DNA of 64,000 nt from Felis catus (taxonomy: Eukaryota): assembly GCF_018350175.1 (NCBI RefSeq), contig NC_058369.1, positions 10,108,001 to 10,172,000 of the forward strand, given 5' to 3'. The notes below the pieces were generated by a model. The model had not been told where the DNA came from. It saw nothing but the letters and a program-made list of their open reading frames with translations, and searched no databases. The translations under genes and the position numbers were made by a program. Every line of letters begins with the position of its first letter. Position 1 is the stretch's first letter. Positions 24,390-36,120 of the stretch are shown one piece after another.

Positions 24390-25190
24390 ATTTTATTTTA
24401 TTTTTAATGTTTACTTATTTTTGGGAGAGAGAGTGAGAGAGACAGAGTGCAAGCAGGGGAGGGGCAGAAAAAGAGAGGGAGACACAGAATCCCAAGCAGG
24501 CTCCAGGCTCTGAGTGGTCAGCCCAGAGCCCAATGTGGGGCTTGAACTCACGGACCTCGAGATCCATGACCTGAGCCGAAGTCGGACGCTCAACCGGCTG
24601 AGCCACCCAGGCACCCCTATTTTGTTTCTAAAGTTTATTTATTTTGAGTGAGAGAGGGAAAACGAGTGGGGGAGGACCCGAGAGAGGGAGAGAGACAGAA
24701 TCCCAAGCAGACTCCGCACCCTCAGTGCGGAGCCTGATGAGGGGCTTAAACCCACAAACCCATGAAATCGTGACCTGAGCCAGATTAAGAGTCGGATGCC
24801 CAACTGACCGAGCCACCCAGGCGCCCCTCACCCACTTCTTCATATACTCTTATATCTGGCTTCTCTGTGCCCAGTTTTATTATCTGCAAAGTGGGGATAA
24901 TGTGAATGATCACAAGAGTCAGCCTCTGTAAAGGGGTTGGAATGGTGCCTGGCACATAGTAGGTGCTCAGTAAACAATATCACTGTTTTAGTGTCACTGT
25001 TTGCTGTACTATTATTTCTTTTTATTTTAGAAAGAGAGTGCAAGCAGGGGAGGGGGGCCTAGGGAGAGAGAGAATCTTAAGCAGGCTCCACACTCAGCAT
25101 GTAGCCGGATGTGGGGCTTGAACTCACGACCCTGAGATCATGACCTGAGCTGAAGTCAAGAGTCGGACCCTCAAACCACTGGTGCCCCTG
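24390..25190 (-). mobile_element. Three CAN-SINEs (~24390-24617, 24630-24826, 25020-25190) with a MIR remnant between
   Basis: Reverse-complement SINE motifs; tgcctggcacatagtaggtgctcagtaaa (MIR-like). Confidence 0.85.
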
Positions 25191-25569
25191 TTTATTGTCT
25201 AATTATTGAGGATTAGGTGTGGGATGGAAACACAGAGCCCTGGGGTACCTGGAACCAGTCTTTACCTGGCACCATCTGGGTGGACCCTGGGAGGGGGGGA
25301 ACTGAGGCCCCACCAACCACCCTCCTTGTCCTCACCCAAATCCCTACCCCAGCCCCTCCAAGGCCCAGAGGGGCCCCCTGGGAAAGTGGCACCGTGGGGA
25401 CTGCTGCCCAGCACAATTACCGTTTTCATCCTCATTAAACCACATTTTCATTCTAATTAGAGTTTCGCTGCCTCCCAGAGAGAAGGGCCGATTACTTTTC
25501 AGCATCATTACCAGCCTCTCCCTCCCTCCCCACCCTGCCCAGGTGCCTGTTCCTTCCACACCGGCCAGC

Positions 25570-25822
25570 CTCCATATCTCCCTCTCTCTCTCCTCCCTCT
25601 CTCTCCTCCTCTCTCTCTCCTCCTCTCTCATTCCTCCCCCCCTCTCCTCTTCATTCCTCCCCCCTCCTTCTCTCTCTCCTCCCTCTCTCTCCTCCCTCCC
25701 TTTCTCTCTCCTCCCTCTCTCTCTCCTTCCTCCCTCTTTCTCTGTCTTCTCGCTCTCTCTCTCTCCCCCCTTTCCCTCACTCTCTCTCCTCTCTCTCTCC
25801 TCCCACCCTCCCTCCCTCTCTT
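25570..25822. repeat. ~250-bp CT-rich polypyrimidine low-complexity tract
   Basis: Read directly from the sequence. Confidence 0.9.
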
Positions 25823-26849
25823 CACTAGAGACTAGCATGGTTTATTCATGAGTCTCCTACTGGGTGCTGAGCTCGGTGTCAGGGACCTTGACCTACTGCA
25901 CTGTCACCTTACCCCTGGCCGCTCTAACTCATCTTTTTCCTTCCACACACACCCCTCCGAGTACACCCTGTGATTTATTTGGTCTGTTTATCACCTACCT
26001 TCACTCTCCCAGAATGTCAGCATCCGCCCATATCCCCACGGCACGGCACTCCTGGGAGCGGACCCCCTTCCTCCAACAGCTAGCCCCCCCCAACCCCCAC
26101 AGCCGGACCGTTCCCAGGGCCAGTGGAAAGTTCTGGAGAGCAAACGCAGTGTCGGAGCGGCCTTTGCCCGGTGAGACTGATGGGAGTGCTGGATAAATGC
26201 CCCAGCTCCCTCGCCCCCTGGTGGGAAAGCTCTGAGGGTGTGCTCACTCTGGTGTCTCAGTGTCCCCAGTCCCCAGCAGGGGACTGAGCCCCACCTGTCA
26301 GCAGTGGAGACTCGCTTGTGAGCACAACTTCCCCGACAGCCCTCCCTTCCCTCCCCCTCTCTCCCCTTCCCGTGCTTCCTGGGGTCACCTCCCACCAGAA
26401 TCCACCATGCCCGGATCTCTGGCCCCTCTGGAGGTTCACGAAGTCCGAGAGAGTTTCTTCCCTGCTCAGGGCCCGAAGGACGGGCTACGAAACTCCTGCA
26501 GCTTTCCCTAGAACGAAAGGGTCGTTTTAACCAGGCCGCAGCCTCCCTGGGCAGCTGGACCCACGTTTGAAACAGGCTCTTGGGGTGCTCCCTTTCGGAG
26601 GGGGTGGTAAACTTCCTGGCACTTCTGGGGGGCCGCTTGGCCCCATTTAGTGCACCGGCCCTCTACCACCCGCTCCCTTTCCGGCAGAAGCTGCTCTCGG
26701 GCATGAAGGTGGGAGCCGGGATGTTTCCGGCAGGCTTGTTGGCCACCGTGCGGAGCGGGAAACGACCCGTGGTCCACGGACAAAGGATGAGGAAATCTTA
26801 GCCACGGTGCCGGGGGCACCACGCAGCTTTGGAAAACAGGACAGATGCC

Positions 26850-27550
26850 TGCTGTAGGATTTTAGGGCTGACCAAGCAAAGCGCCATAAAACCGGGTGGC
26901 TGCAAACAAGAGAAATCGATTCTCCCACAGTTCTGGAGGCCAGAAGTCTGGAATCGGACGTGGGCCGGGCTGGCTCAGAGGGAGAATCGGTCCCAGGCCT
27001 CCCTCCCTCCCGGCCAGGGGCTGCAGGCCGGGTGTTCCTTGGCCTCTGGCCACATCTCTCCTCTCTCAGCCTCTGTCTTCGCGTGGCCTTCTCTGTGTTC
27101 CTGTCTCCTCTTTTTTTTTTTTTTTTCCTTTTTAATACATTTTTTTTAACGTTTATTCAATTTTGAGAGACAGAGAGAGACAGAGTGTAGGCGGGGGAGG
27201 GGCAGAGAGAGAGAGAGAGGGAGACACAGAATCCAAAGCAGGCTCCAGGCTCTGAGCCGTCAGCGCAGAGCCCGAGGCGGGGCTCGAACGCACGCACCGC
27301 GAGATCATGACCTGAGCTGAAATCAGACACTTAACCCACTGAGCCACCCAAGTGCCCTCCCGTGTTCTTCCAACCAGGACACCAGTTGTATTGGATTTAG
27401 GGCCCACCCTAATCCAGGATGGCCTACCTCTAACTTAACTAACTATACCTATACAGAGACCCTATTTCCAGATAAGGTCACCTTCCCAGGTACCAGAGGT
27501 GAGGACCTGAGCATATTTTTCGTGGAGACGTAAGTCAGCCCACCCCAGTG
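26850..27550 (-). mobile_element. MLT1C-type MaLR LTR with a CAN-SINE (~27140-27357, -)
   Basis: cacagttctggaggccagaagtctggaatc...ggacaccagttgtattggatttagggcccaccctaatccaggatg. Confidence 0.8.
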
Positions 27551-29667
27551 CCCCGGCACTAATCATTCCCTTAAGGTGACCAGACTTGGCCTCCCGCCCT
27601 CAACCCCACACCCCCACGCTCTAACGCAGCCACAGAGGCGTCCTCTCTCCGCGTTTCAGCCACCACTCGTCACGACCTTACAGCGTGTTCAGCCCTGTCC
27701 TGAGCATTTTAGGGGCATTATCCTATTCAGCTTTCGCACAATTCTGTGAAGTCCATACCGTGTCGGTCCCGTTTGACAGATGTGGAGACTGATACCCAGG
27801 TACGCCGAATCCCAATTCCAGGTCACTCGGCTGGTAAGCGGTGGAGCTGGCCCCCGGGGCCTTTTGTCACAACTGTGGCTCCTGGCTACGACTTCCGTAA
27901 CCATGGTGACAGTGTGCACCTGCCATGAAATGCACACACGGCCATTTATTTTTTCCATCAGCCGTTGGAAATCACACTCATGTCATGAACGAGGAGACCA
28001 AGGGTAAGTAACTTGGCCAAGGGCACAAAGTGTAGGTGTGCAGATGTGAGCTGAACGTGCGGCCTTTCGGGGAACCGTGGACTCCAGCCCCTGGCAGACG
28101 GGGTGAGGGTCCCCTCCGGCCCAGGCGCTGCTCTGCCTCCATGGGGCCACACAGGGCCTCCTGCCTCTGGGGCTTGGGCCTGGGAGCAGCAGCCCTGACC
28201 CGTTAAGGGGGCACAAGCGGTACAATCCATGGGTCCCGCTCTCAGAGCATGCCGGGATCCCGCAGCCGGGGCACAGCCGACCTTGCCCACCTCGGGGCCC
28301 ACCTCAGGCTCCAACAGCCACACACCAAGGACCCAAGTCAGCCTCTAGGCCCTTCGGAGCTTGGGGATTTACAGGCAGCTCCCTCACCCCTCAGGGGTTA
28401 TTAATTAATGCTAATTAATATCTGTGTTCACAGAGCCAGCCAGGCCCCTGGGCCTGGAGCATCCGAGAACGGAAAATATGAGAACGCTGGCACCCGGCCA
28501 AGAAACATGGATTATTCAGACTGGCACAAGCTGGCTGGTGGGGCAGGGGAAGTGACTGGAAGGGGAAACTGAGACACGGGTGAGGTCCAAGCAGCCCTGG
28601 ACAGCTTCAAAAAGCTGCTTGCCACTTGAAAGGACAAGGAGACCAGCCTTGGAGACCCACGAGCTCCGGGTCCCGCCTCTGTGCCTCAGTTTCCTCCTCT
28701 ATGCACGGGATGGGAATTCGTTTCCTTCAATGTGTGAGGGGACCCATCAAGCTTTCATGCGTGTAAAATGCTTTGCATATAAAACTTCCTTTCCCTGGCT
28801 GCCCACAGAGAGGCCTCGCGCAGCACCCCCCCCACCCCCGCGTGCCTCAGTTTCCCTTTTCAGGCACACGAGGAGGGGGCAGGGCACCTCAGGCCCAATC
28901 TCAGGGAACGCTCATGAAGATCACTTCCAAACGGCCTAATTAATCACACCATTGCTAGCATGGCGACGAGACAGTTCCCTGGCCCCTGATTAAAAACAGA
29001 AGTTTCCCCCACGTTTGCGGAGACGGAGCAGAAGGGAAAACAAAGACGCGCACACTCGCGCCAGATAAATACAGACTCAAACACACGCACGGCAGATAAA
29101 CACACACTGGCACACCAGATCCACACACAGCCGGCTGCGGAGATCGGGGTGGGCCGGCAGAGCCCAGCTCAGACAGCCCGGAGGACCCCCCGGCAAGAGC
29201 CACACGAAAGACGGCGACACCCCCCCCCCCACCTCCCGTCCGGATGCTGCTGAGCCCCAGCCACATCTGGGCCCTGCCCCCCACCCCCACCCCCGCAGTG
29301 CACACGGCCAGAAGCCACAAGCGCGGGCGTGGGTGCCCCCCCACCCCCGTCCGAGCAGCCCTCGGCCCACGACAGAAGGAACCTGGTGGAAAAATATCCC
29401 TACTCCTTCTTCCGGCAGGTGCACGGCCCACGTGGTCCACACGGTCTCCCGGAGGCCCTCAGTCTCCTTCCTTCTCCCCCTCCCCAAGTTCCCTGCCAGG
29501 GCCTCCCGCTTTAGTCCGCTCGGGCTGCCGCAGCCACAGACTGGGTGGGCCTGGGGACGACAAACACGGGCCTCTCCCAGTTCTGGAGGCTGGGAAGTTC
29601 AAGACCGACACTGTGGCCGCCTCACGGCGTGCACGTGCACGCTGGCCAGAAGGTTCCCAGCGCTAGA

Positions 29668-29851
29668 TGTTTGACGAGTTGTGCAGACATGTCTAGTCGT
29701 CGCAGTTGAGGTCAGGGGAGGCCGCTGGCACCTCGGGAGTCAAGGCCAGGGAGGCCGCTAAAAACCCTACAGGGCCCAGAACAGCCCCCCGCCCCCACCC
29801 CGCGGAGACCGATCGGCCTGCAACGTCAAGGGCTGCGGCTGAGAAACCCTG
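29668..29851 (+). mobile_element. MER20 fragment, GC-shifted
   Basis: aggccagggaggccgctaaaaaccctaca...aacgtcaagggctgcggctgagaaaccctg. Confidence 0.65.
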
Positions 29852-32800
29852 GCCCGCAGGAACCCCGTGGGCCGCCCGCCTCGCCGAGCCCCACGCGGAA
29901 GGAGCTGAGGGCTCGCACGGCCGCCCAATGCAGACGCGCACAGGGATCCGCAGGCGGCCTCAGACCACACCGACGCACTGTGCGCCAGGCCCTCCTACCA
30001 GGGAACCAGCGGGAACGTGCGAGCCTGGGACGTTCCCCACAAGGATGTGTAGACCGCCAGGGGGGCGCTGCCCCACGCCAGGTTCTACTCCAACTGCTTC
30101 TGGTGGGAATAACTCATGCAGTCCGCCCAGCCTCCCACCCCCGACCCCCGGCCCCGAGATGGTTCAATGACAATTAGGCACATTGTACAGATGAGGAAAC
30201 TGAGGCCCAGAGGGGGGAAGCGCATGCCCAGTGACCCAGCTAGAAATCCAGACACGGGCGGCAGGATATGTCACATGTGTGTGAAGGCGGGAAAAGCAGG
30301 CTGCAAGGGGACCCTGCCTGCCGCCCGGGGGCTGAGGTGAGGAGGCTCAGGGAAGGCTTTAGCTTTCCCAAGGGATTCCTGCAGCCCTTGGGTAACTAAA
30401 ACCTCCACGTTTAAACGTTTTTTTTACACCAGCGGACCCGCGAGTCGGACAAACCTTGGGACTCCACCCCCTGCCTCACCGGGTTCTGGCTCTGTGATCC
30501 TGGGCCAGCCATGTAGCCTCCCTGAGCCTCAGTTTCCCCCGTCTGTAAAGCAGGGGTCCGCCCACTCACTATTCCGCACGAGGGTGCTTCAACGGCCCCC
30601 GCTCAGGACCCAGCCCCCTGCCCAGCTCCGGCCTATACAGGATTAAGGCGGGAGGGACACGTCCGTAAGCGCCCTCTGCTCTCCACCTTCTGCCAAGCGC
30701 GGGGCTGCTTAACTAGTTTTGTGGGGAGCGGGAGAATGCGGGGAGGGGGGAGCCCTCACTCCCGCCCCCGCCCCCCCCCCCCCCCCCCCCCCGCCCCCAG
30801 CACACCATCCCTGTGCGTCTCAGGCCCCAGGAGCTGGGACCCGTGCTGCGTCCCACGGCTTGGCGTCCAAATTCGGGGTCAGGGCCTGGCACCAGGAGGT
30901 GGACAGGGGAGCGGGCTAAATCCGGACGTGCCTCCCCCCGCCCCCCCCCCCCCCCACCGCTTGGATTTTCCCACCTCTGCTTCCCGCCGCCGCAGCGCGG
31001 GGAGCGAGCGCCACCTGTGGGTCACCAAGGAGAGGTGCGCGCGACTCCGGGAAAGTGGGTCGCCTCTCGGTTTCTCCCCACCCAGGGAACCCGGCCCCCG
31101 CCCCTCCCGGAGCAACGTTGGAAACAGCCCCCGCCCATGGAATTCTCCTCTACGTACCGTTTACCCAGGCGCTGTTCCCACGCTTCAACCCCACCACCAC
31201 CAATAAACATTTATTGAGCACCTACTACTGTGTCCGGGCATTCAGGGACACAGAAGGGACGGAACTTGAAACCTCCCTGCGCTTCTGGAGCTTAACCGTC
31301 AGCGGCAAAGACAGAAGAGGAAGGGGACAGCAACTTACAAGATCACGGCTGGTTAAGTGTTTTAAAGGAGGAAGTAAACAGAGGGATGGAACTAGGGGTT
31401 GAGGAAGGGGAGTCCGCTCCGCATAAGGTGAGCAAGGAGATTCTCTGAGGCCACAATGTTTGCACGCAGGCCTGAGAGGGATATGGCCCCTGCCATGCCG
31501 AGTCAGGGGGGCAAGGCCGTCCAGTGGAGGGCACAGTAAGTGCAAAGACCCTGGGACAGCAAGGAGTTCGGGGTATTGGACAAGAAAGGATGTCAGGGTG
31601 GCCAGAGCAGAGAGGGACAGGTGGGGAAGGAGGGCAGGGTCCCTTTTGGAAGCAAATCTGCCCCCACTCTACTGAGTGGAGAAGAATAAATCTCACTCTG
31701 AGCCGAAAGCCATCCTTCACCAAGCATCTCCACGCGGATCCCCTCCAGCCACCCCCCTCCCCACCCACAATGCCAGCCCAGAACCAGGTGGCCCCCGCAG
31801 AGAAAAGCCCCATCCCCACACCACATCTCACTCCCCTGGGCTTTTGCCTCTGATGACAGTCATTCCAGTCACACCACCAAGGGGCATGTGCAGAGGACAG
31901 AAATGGGGCTCGGTGAGTGGCCTAGGCCTTGGCGGGGGGGGGGACCCAAAGTTGCCTTCAAACGTCTCCTTGGGGGATGCGAGGGGCTAGATTGTTGGGA
32001 TAAGGGCAAAACGTGGCCCAGTATGTTTCAGGATTTTTTTTATGCCAGCTGCCCCGTGCCAGGCATTCATGGGCACAAGGGTAGGGGGTCGGTGCTTCTG
32101 GCAAAGCCCCCACCTCGCCCCCCGGCCGCTTGAACGGGAGACCCAGGAACCACAGAGCCAGCCTGCCCCCTGGTGCCAGTGCCCCCTTGGATGAGGTGAG
32201 CACCCCCACTAGAGGGCATCCTCTGTCCTCTCGGAGCCCCCAGACTGTCCCATCCCTGTGTCCCTGGCATCCTCAACCCCTTTTGAGGCTGGGGTCTCTG
32301 TTTCAGCTCCCCTCAACCAGGACCAAAGTTCTCAAGGGTTGTCACCAGTCCCACGCCCCAGATCCCAGCTGAGCCCAGTTCCCCTGCCTTCGTGCCCTCC
32401 AAGAGCAAAGTGCCCCCCCCCGTGTTGCCAGACAACCCCCAAAATGACTGTGCATGGAAAAGCTGGGGTTCCGCGAATGCCATTCCCCGGATCCCTGCCT
32501 TGGGTGCCATGACGGAAGCTGTGGGGCTCACTCAGCACCATGAGGGGAACAGGTTCCGTCCCCCGTCCCCCAGTCCTGGCTGGTTTCCGCTTTGGGACTG
32601 CCTGTCTCTTGGGGAGGGGGCGGAGCCTCCTGGAGCCTCTAATTATGGTTTCAGAGGCACAGACTTAATTACTGCCTTTCGAAGGGTTAATTACCCCTAA
32701 TCTGTTGGGAATCAGGCAATTCTCGAGCCTTCTGAGAACCAAAATATTTCCCCTCCCAGAAGCTGCCAGCCCCCCAGTCCCTCCACCACTCTCGTCCCTC

Positions 32801-33769
32801 CAGCCCCCACTTTGGATCTTCTCAGTTTGTCTGTATGGAAGTGTGTGGTGAGCTGGGCAGAGTTGGGAAAACCAGAAACCACCAGTCTGCCCTCAAAGAG
32901 CCCACTTGCCGAGCCCGACCCAGGCAAGAGCTGAATTCAGAGAAGGGAAGGCCCTGACCAGAAAAAGCCGGGAGGACTTCCTAGAGGAGGAGGCTGAGGG
33001 CTGGTCTTAAGGGCCCTAAGTGATCCCCCGTGGGTCCAGGGCTCCTAAGATTCTGTCCTACCCAGAGCTCTGCTGTTCCTGGAGAAGCTGGAGCTGACGG
33101 CTCCAGGCCTAGGGGGCCTGTTTGGAGTCTCAGTTTCCTCATCTGTAAAATGGGCCTGATATCTGTGGTCCCCTCAGAGTCCTGGCCGCTGACTGTGGTG
33201 GCCCCAGATGCACTAGGACTTTCTGCAGGTCACAGGATAGACCCAGGGGATTCTGAGAAAAGCTCGAGGACTGGTGAGCTGGACCAGAGCAGGCAAGGGA
33301 GGCTCCGAGGCCCAGTCGGTCAGAACAGGCTAGAGAGAAGGCCCACCTGGGACCGGTGGTCAGGCGGTTAGGCCACTGTTTCACGGAAGAGGTGAAGGCA
33401 CTTACCAAGGGCACATGGCCTTCTGGTGGGGGCGCCAGGACTCACAGCCCCATTTGGCAGAGCCCCTGCATGGGATGGGGGAGGAGTAGCCTGGGGAGGT
33501 AAGGAGAAGGAGCCAGGCAGGAGGGCTGCTTGGAGGAAAGTTGAAGAGTTTTGACTCGGCTGTGTTGTCAGGGTGGGGTTGAGGCCAGGACGGAATAAGA
33601 ATTAAATTAGAGACAGAAGGGTGGCAAAAGGGAGGGAAGGAGGACGTGTAGGAAGGGGGGGTGGGTGAGAGAGGAAGACAGGGAGGGAGGGGAAGAGAAA
33701 GAGGGAGAAGAGGGAGAGAAGGATGGAAGGAGAGAAGGAAATTAGGAAGGAAGGAAAGAATTGAACAGG

Positions 33770-34180
33770 AGTATTTCAGTTGCCAGGAAAAATCCAAACC
33801 CAAACTGGCTTAAGACAAGAATTTATTTCTTCATGTAACTGAAAAGTCTAAGGAATGCTGGCTTCAGGAATAGCTGGATCCAGGCTCTCAAGCAAAGTAA
33901 GGTCCCCCTGTCAACTAAGCTTTCCTCTGGGGAGCTTCACTCTCAGGCAACGATTTCCCACGGGGATAAAATGGCCCTAGCAATCCCTGGCTTCTATTTG
34001 ATCAGCCACAAAACTCCGGGGAAAAAAGAGAAGCCCCTTGGCCAAGAGTGCTAGCAAAACTCTGGTGGCTACCTCTCATTGGACAGACTCTGGGTCACAT
34101 GTCATTCAGGAAACCAATCACTGTGGCCAGAAAGGATGGAATGTGCTCACTGGCCAGGCCCCAGACAGGTGATCACTCCT
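33770..34180 (-). mobile_element. Old MaLR (MLT1J/K-type) LTR
   Basis: caaactggcttaag...atttatttcttcatgtaactgaaaagtc...ctggatccagg...accaatcactgtggccag. Confidence 0.6.
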
Positions 34181-34229
34181 GCTGCTGGGGGTGGGTCCAG
34201 CCCCACCAGACTGGCAGAGGGGAAGGAAA

Positions 34230-34750
34230 GCATTGATTCCACAAACGTTTACTGATCACCTGCTGTGTTCCTGGCCCTGGTCTGGGTGCTGGGGATACAG
34301 CAGTGAACAAGGCAGAAGAGCCCCTGCCCTTGTGAGGCTGACACTCCAGGTAAATACGTGAATTACAGCGCCAACCCAAGGGGATGTGTGCTGCGGGGAA
34401 AATTAAAGCAGAAAAAAAGGGCAGGGGCTGCGGGGAAAGGATCTGAGACTTTAATAGGAGGTGGTATCTTAGCAAAGACAAGAGGCAGAAGGAGTGAAAA
34501 TATCTGGGAAAGGGTGTTCCAGACAGAGGGAACAGCCCAGGAGGAGATCCTGAGGCAGGAGCATGCCCCATGTGTTTGGGGAACAGCAAGGAGGCCTGTG
34601 CAGCTGGAGGGAGGGTGGGAGGCAACGGGACCAAGCATGCAGGGCCTTGTGGGCCTCGAGAGGATTTGGGGTTTTACCCTGAGGAAGGTGGGAGTCGCAG
34701 AGGATTCTGAGCAGAGGAGGGACAGGACCTGACCTGACTCAGGTGCCCAC
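34230..34750 (-). mobile_element. L2 fragment (others at ~14440-14680, 19850-20140, 31200-31660, 37715-38250, 46430-46900, 51420-52080)
   Basis: aaacgtttactgatcacctgctgtgt...gatacagcagtgaacaag...tgttccagacagagggaacagc...ggaacagcaaggaggcc L2 motifs. Confidence 0.7.
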
Positions 34751-34782
34751 AGGAAGAATGATGGTCAGCCCAACAAGGTGGC

Positions 34783-34785
<3 letters not shown>

Positions 34786-34832
<47 letters not shown>
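34786..34832. repeat. (CA)n microsatellite, ~23 units
   Basis: Read directly from the sequence. Confidence 0.95.
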
Positions 34833-34835
<3 letters not shown>

Positions 34836-35539
34836 TTTTATGTGTAAACGACTGGCCTTGTCTTCATCGTGAGCTAGTCTTTCACCAAAGGCTGGGTCTC
34901 TATCCCGCATGGCCTCCGCAGGTCTGCCCAGGAGGACAGGCCACTGGGAGTTCCCCTCCCCACGAGGCAGGGAACCCCCCACAACACCCCGATCCAGGAC
35001 ATGCTTCGGCATGGCTGCTAGACATGTTTGCTTTTTGCCCTCTTCGTGCTGGGGACAACAGGTGTAGCTGGGGGCACCGGAGGCACGACCCAGCCTGAGG
35101 TTTGGGAAAGGAAGGAAGCTGGGTCACCCAGAGGCCGACCTGGGAGGGGAAGGCCGAGGAGACAGGAGCTGCCCCCTCCAGGAAGGCACAGGGGTCTGTT
35201 GGCCCCGCTGACACCTTGCTCTGTTTGGATATCAAGGCTCCTGCACAAGCCCCAAGTTACTGGAAGGGGCAAGGGTGGGGTGGCAGGCCCCGTGGTCGGG
35301 CTGGGTTCAGAGCTGGTGATGGACGTACTGATAAGGGCCCTAGAGGTTGGATTTCAGCCCTGAGAGAGTTGGGCAACATCCTGTTTGGGCATACTGCTGT
35401 GGCTCTCTCTCCAGCGGCCTGGCCTGGCCCTGGTGGGAGAAGTATAGGCAGGGGAGCTGGGAGCCAATGTTAAAACAGGAATAGCCCCCCCCCCCCCCAT
35501 CAAGAATAGGACAGACACTTGCAAGAAGAGAACAGAACA

Positions 35540-36053
35540 GCGACCTGGGTCCTGCTTTGCGTCCTACACAAAAAGTAACTCTAAATAGGCTGTAGACCTA
35601 AATGTAAAACCCGAGGCGATAAAACCTCTGGGAGAGAAACATGCAAAGAAATCTTTGCGACCTTGGCTTAGGCAAAGATCCCTTTGCTCTATCACCAAAA
35701 GCACGCTCCGTGAAACAGAACGTTCGTAAATTGGACTCGTCAAAATGAAGACTTGTGCACTTCAGAAGACTTAAGGAAAATGAAAAGAAAACCCGCAGCC
35801 TTGGGGGAAATACGTGCAGATCGTACCTCTGGTGAGGGGCTTGTATCCAGAGTATATAAAGAGTTCTCAAACCCAACACTAAGATTTAGTGTTCATTCGT
35901 GTTTAAGACTCTAACCAAGGTAGAAATAGAAAGGAACTTCTAAACTTTGATGTGGCACCTACAAAAAGAAAAGAGAGAAGGAAAAGAAAGAAAGAAGGAA
36001 AGAAAGAGAGGGAGAGGACAGAAGGAAGGAGAGAAGAATGAAAGAAAGAAAAG

Positions 36054-36120
<67 letters not shown>

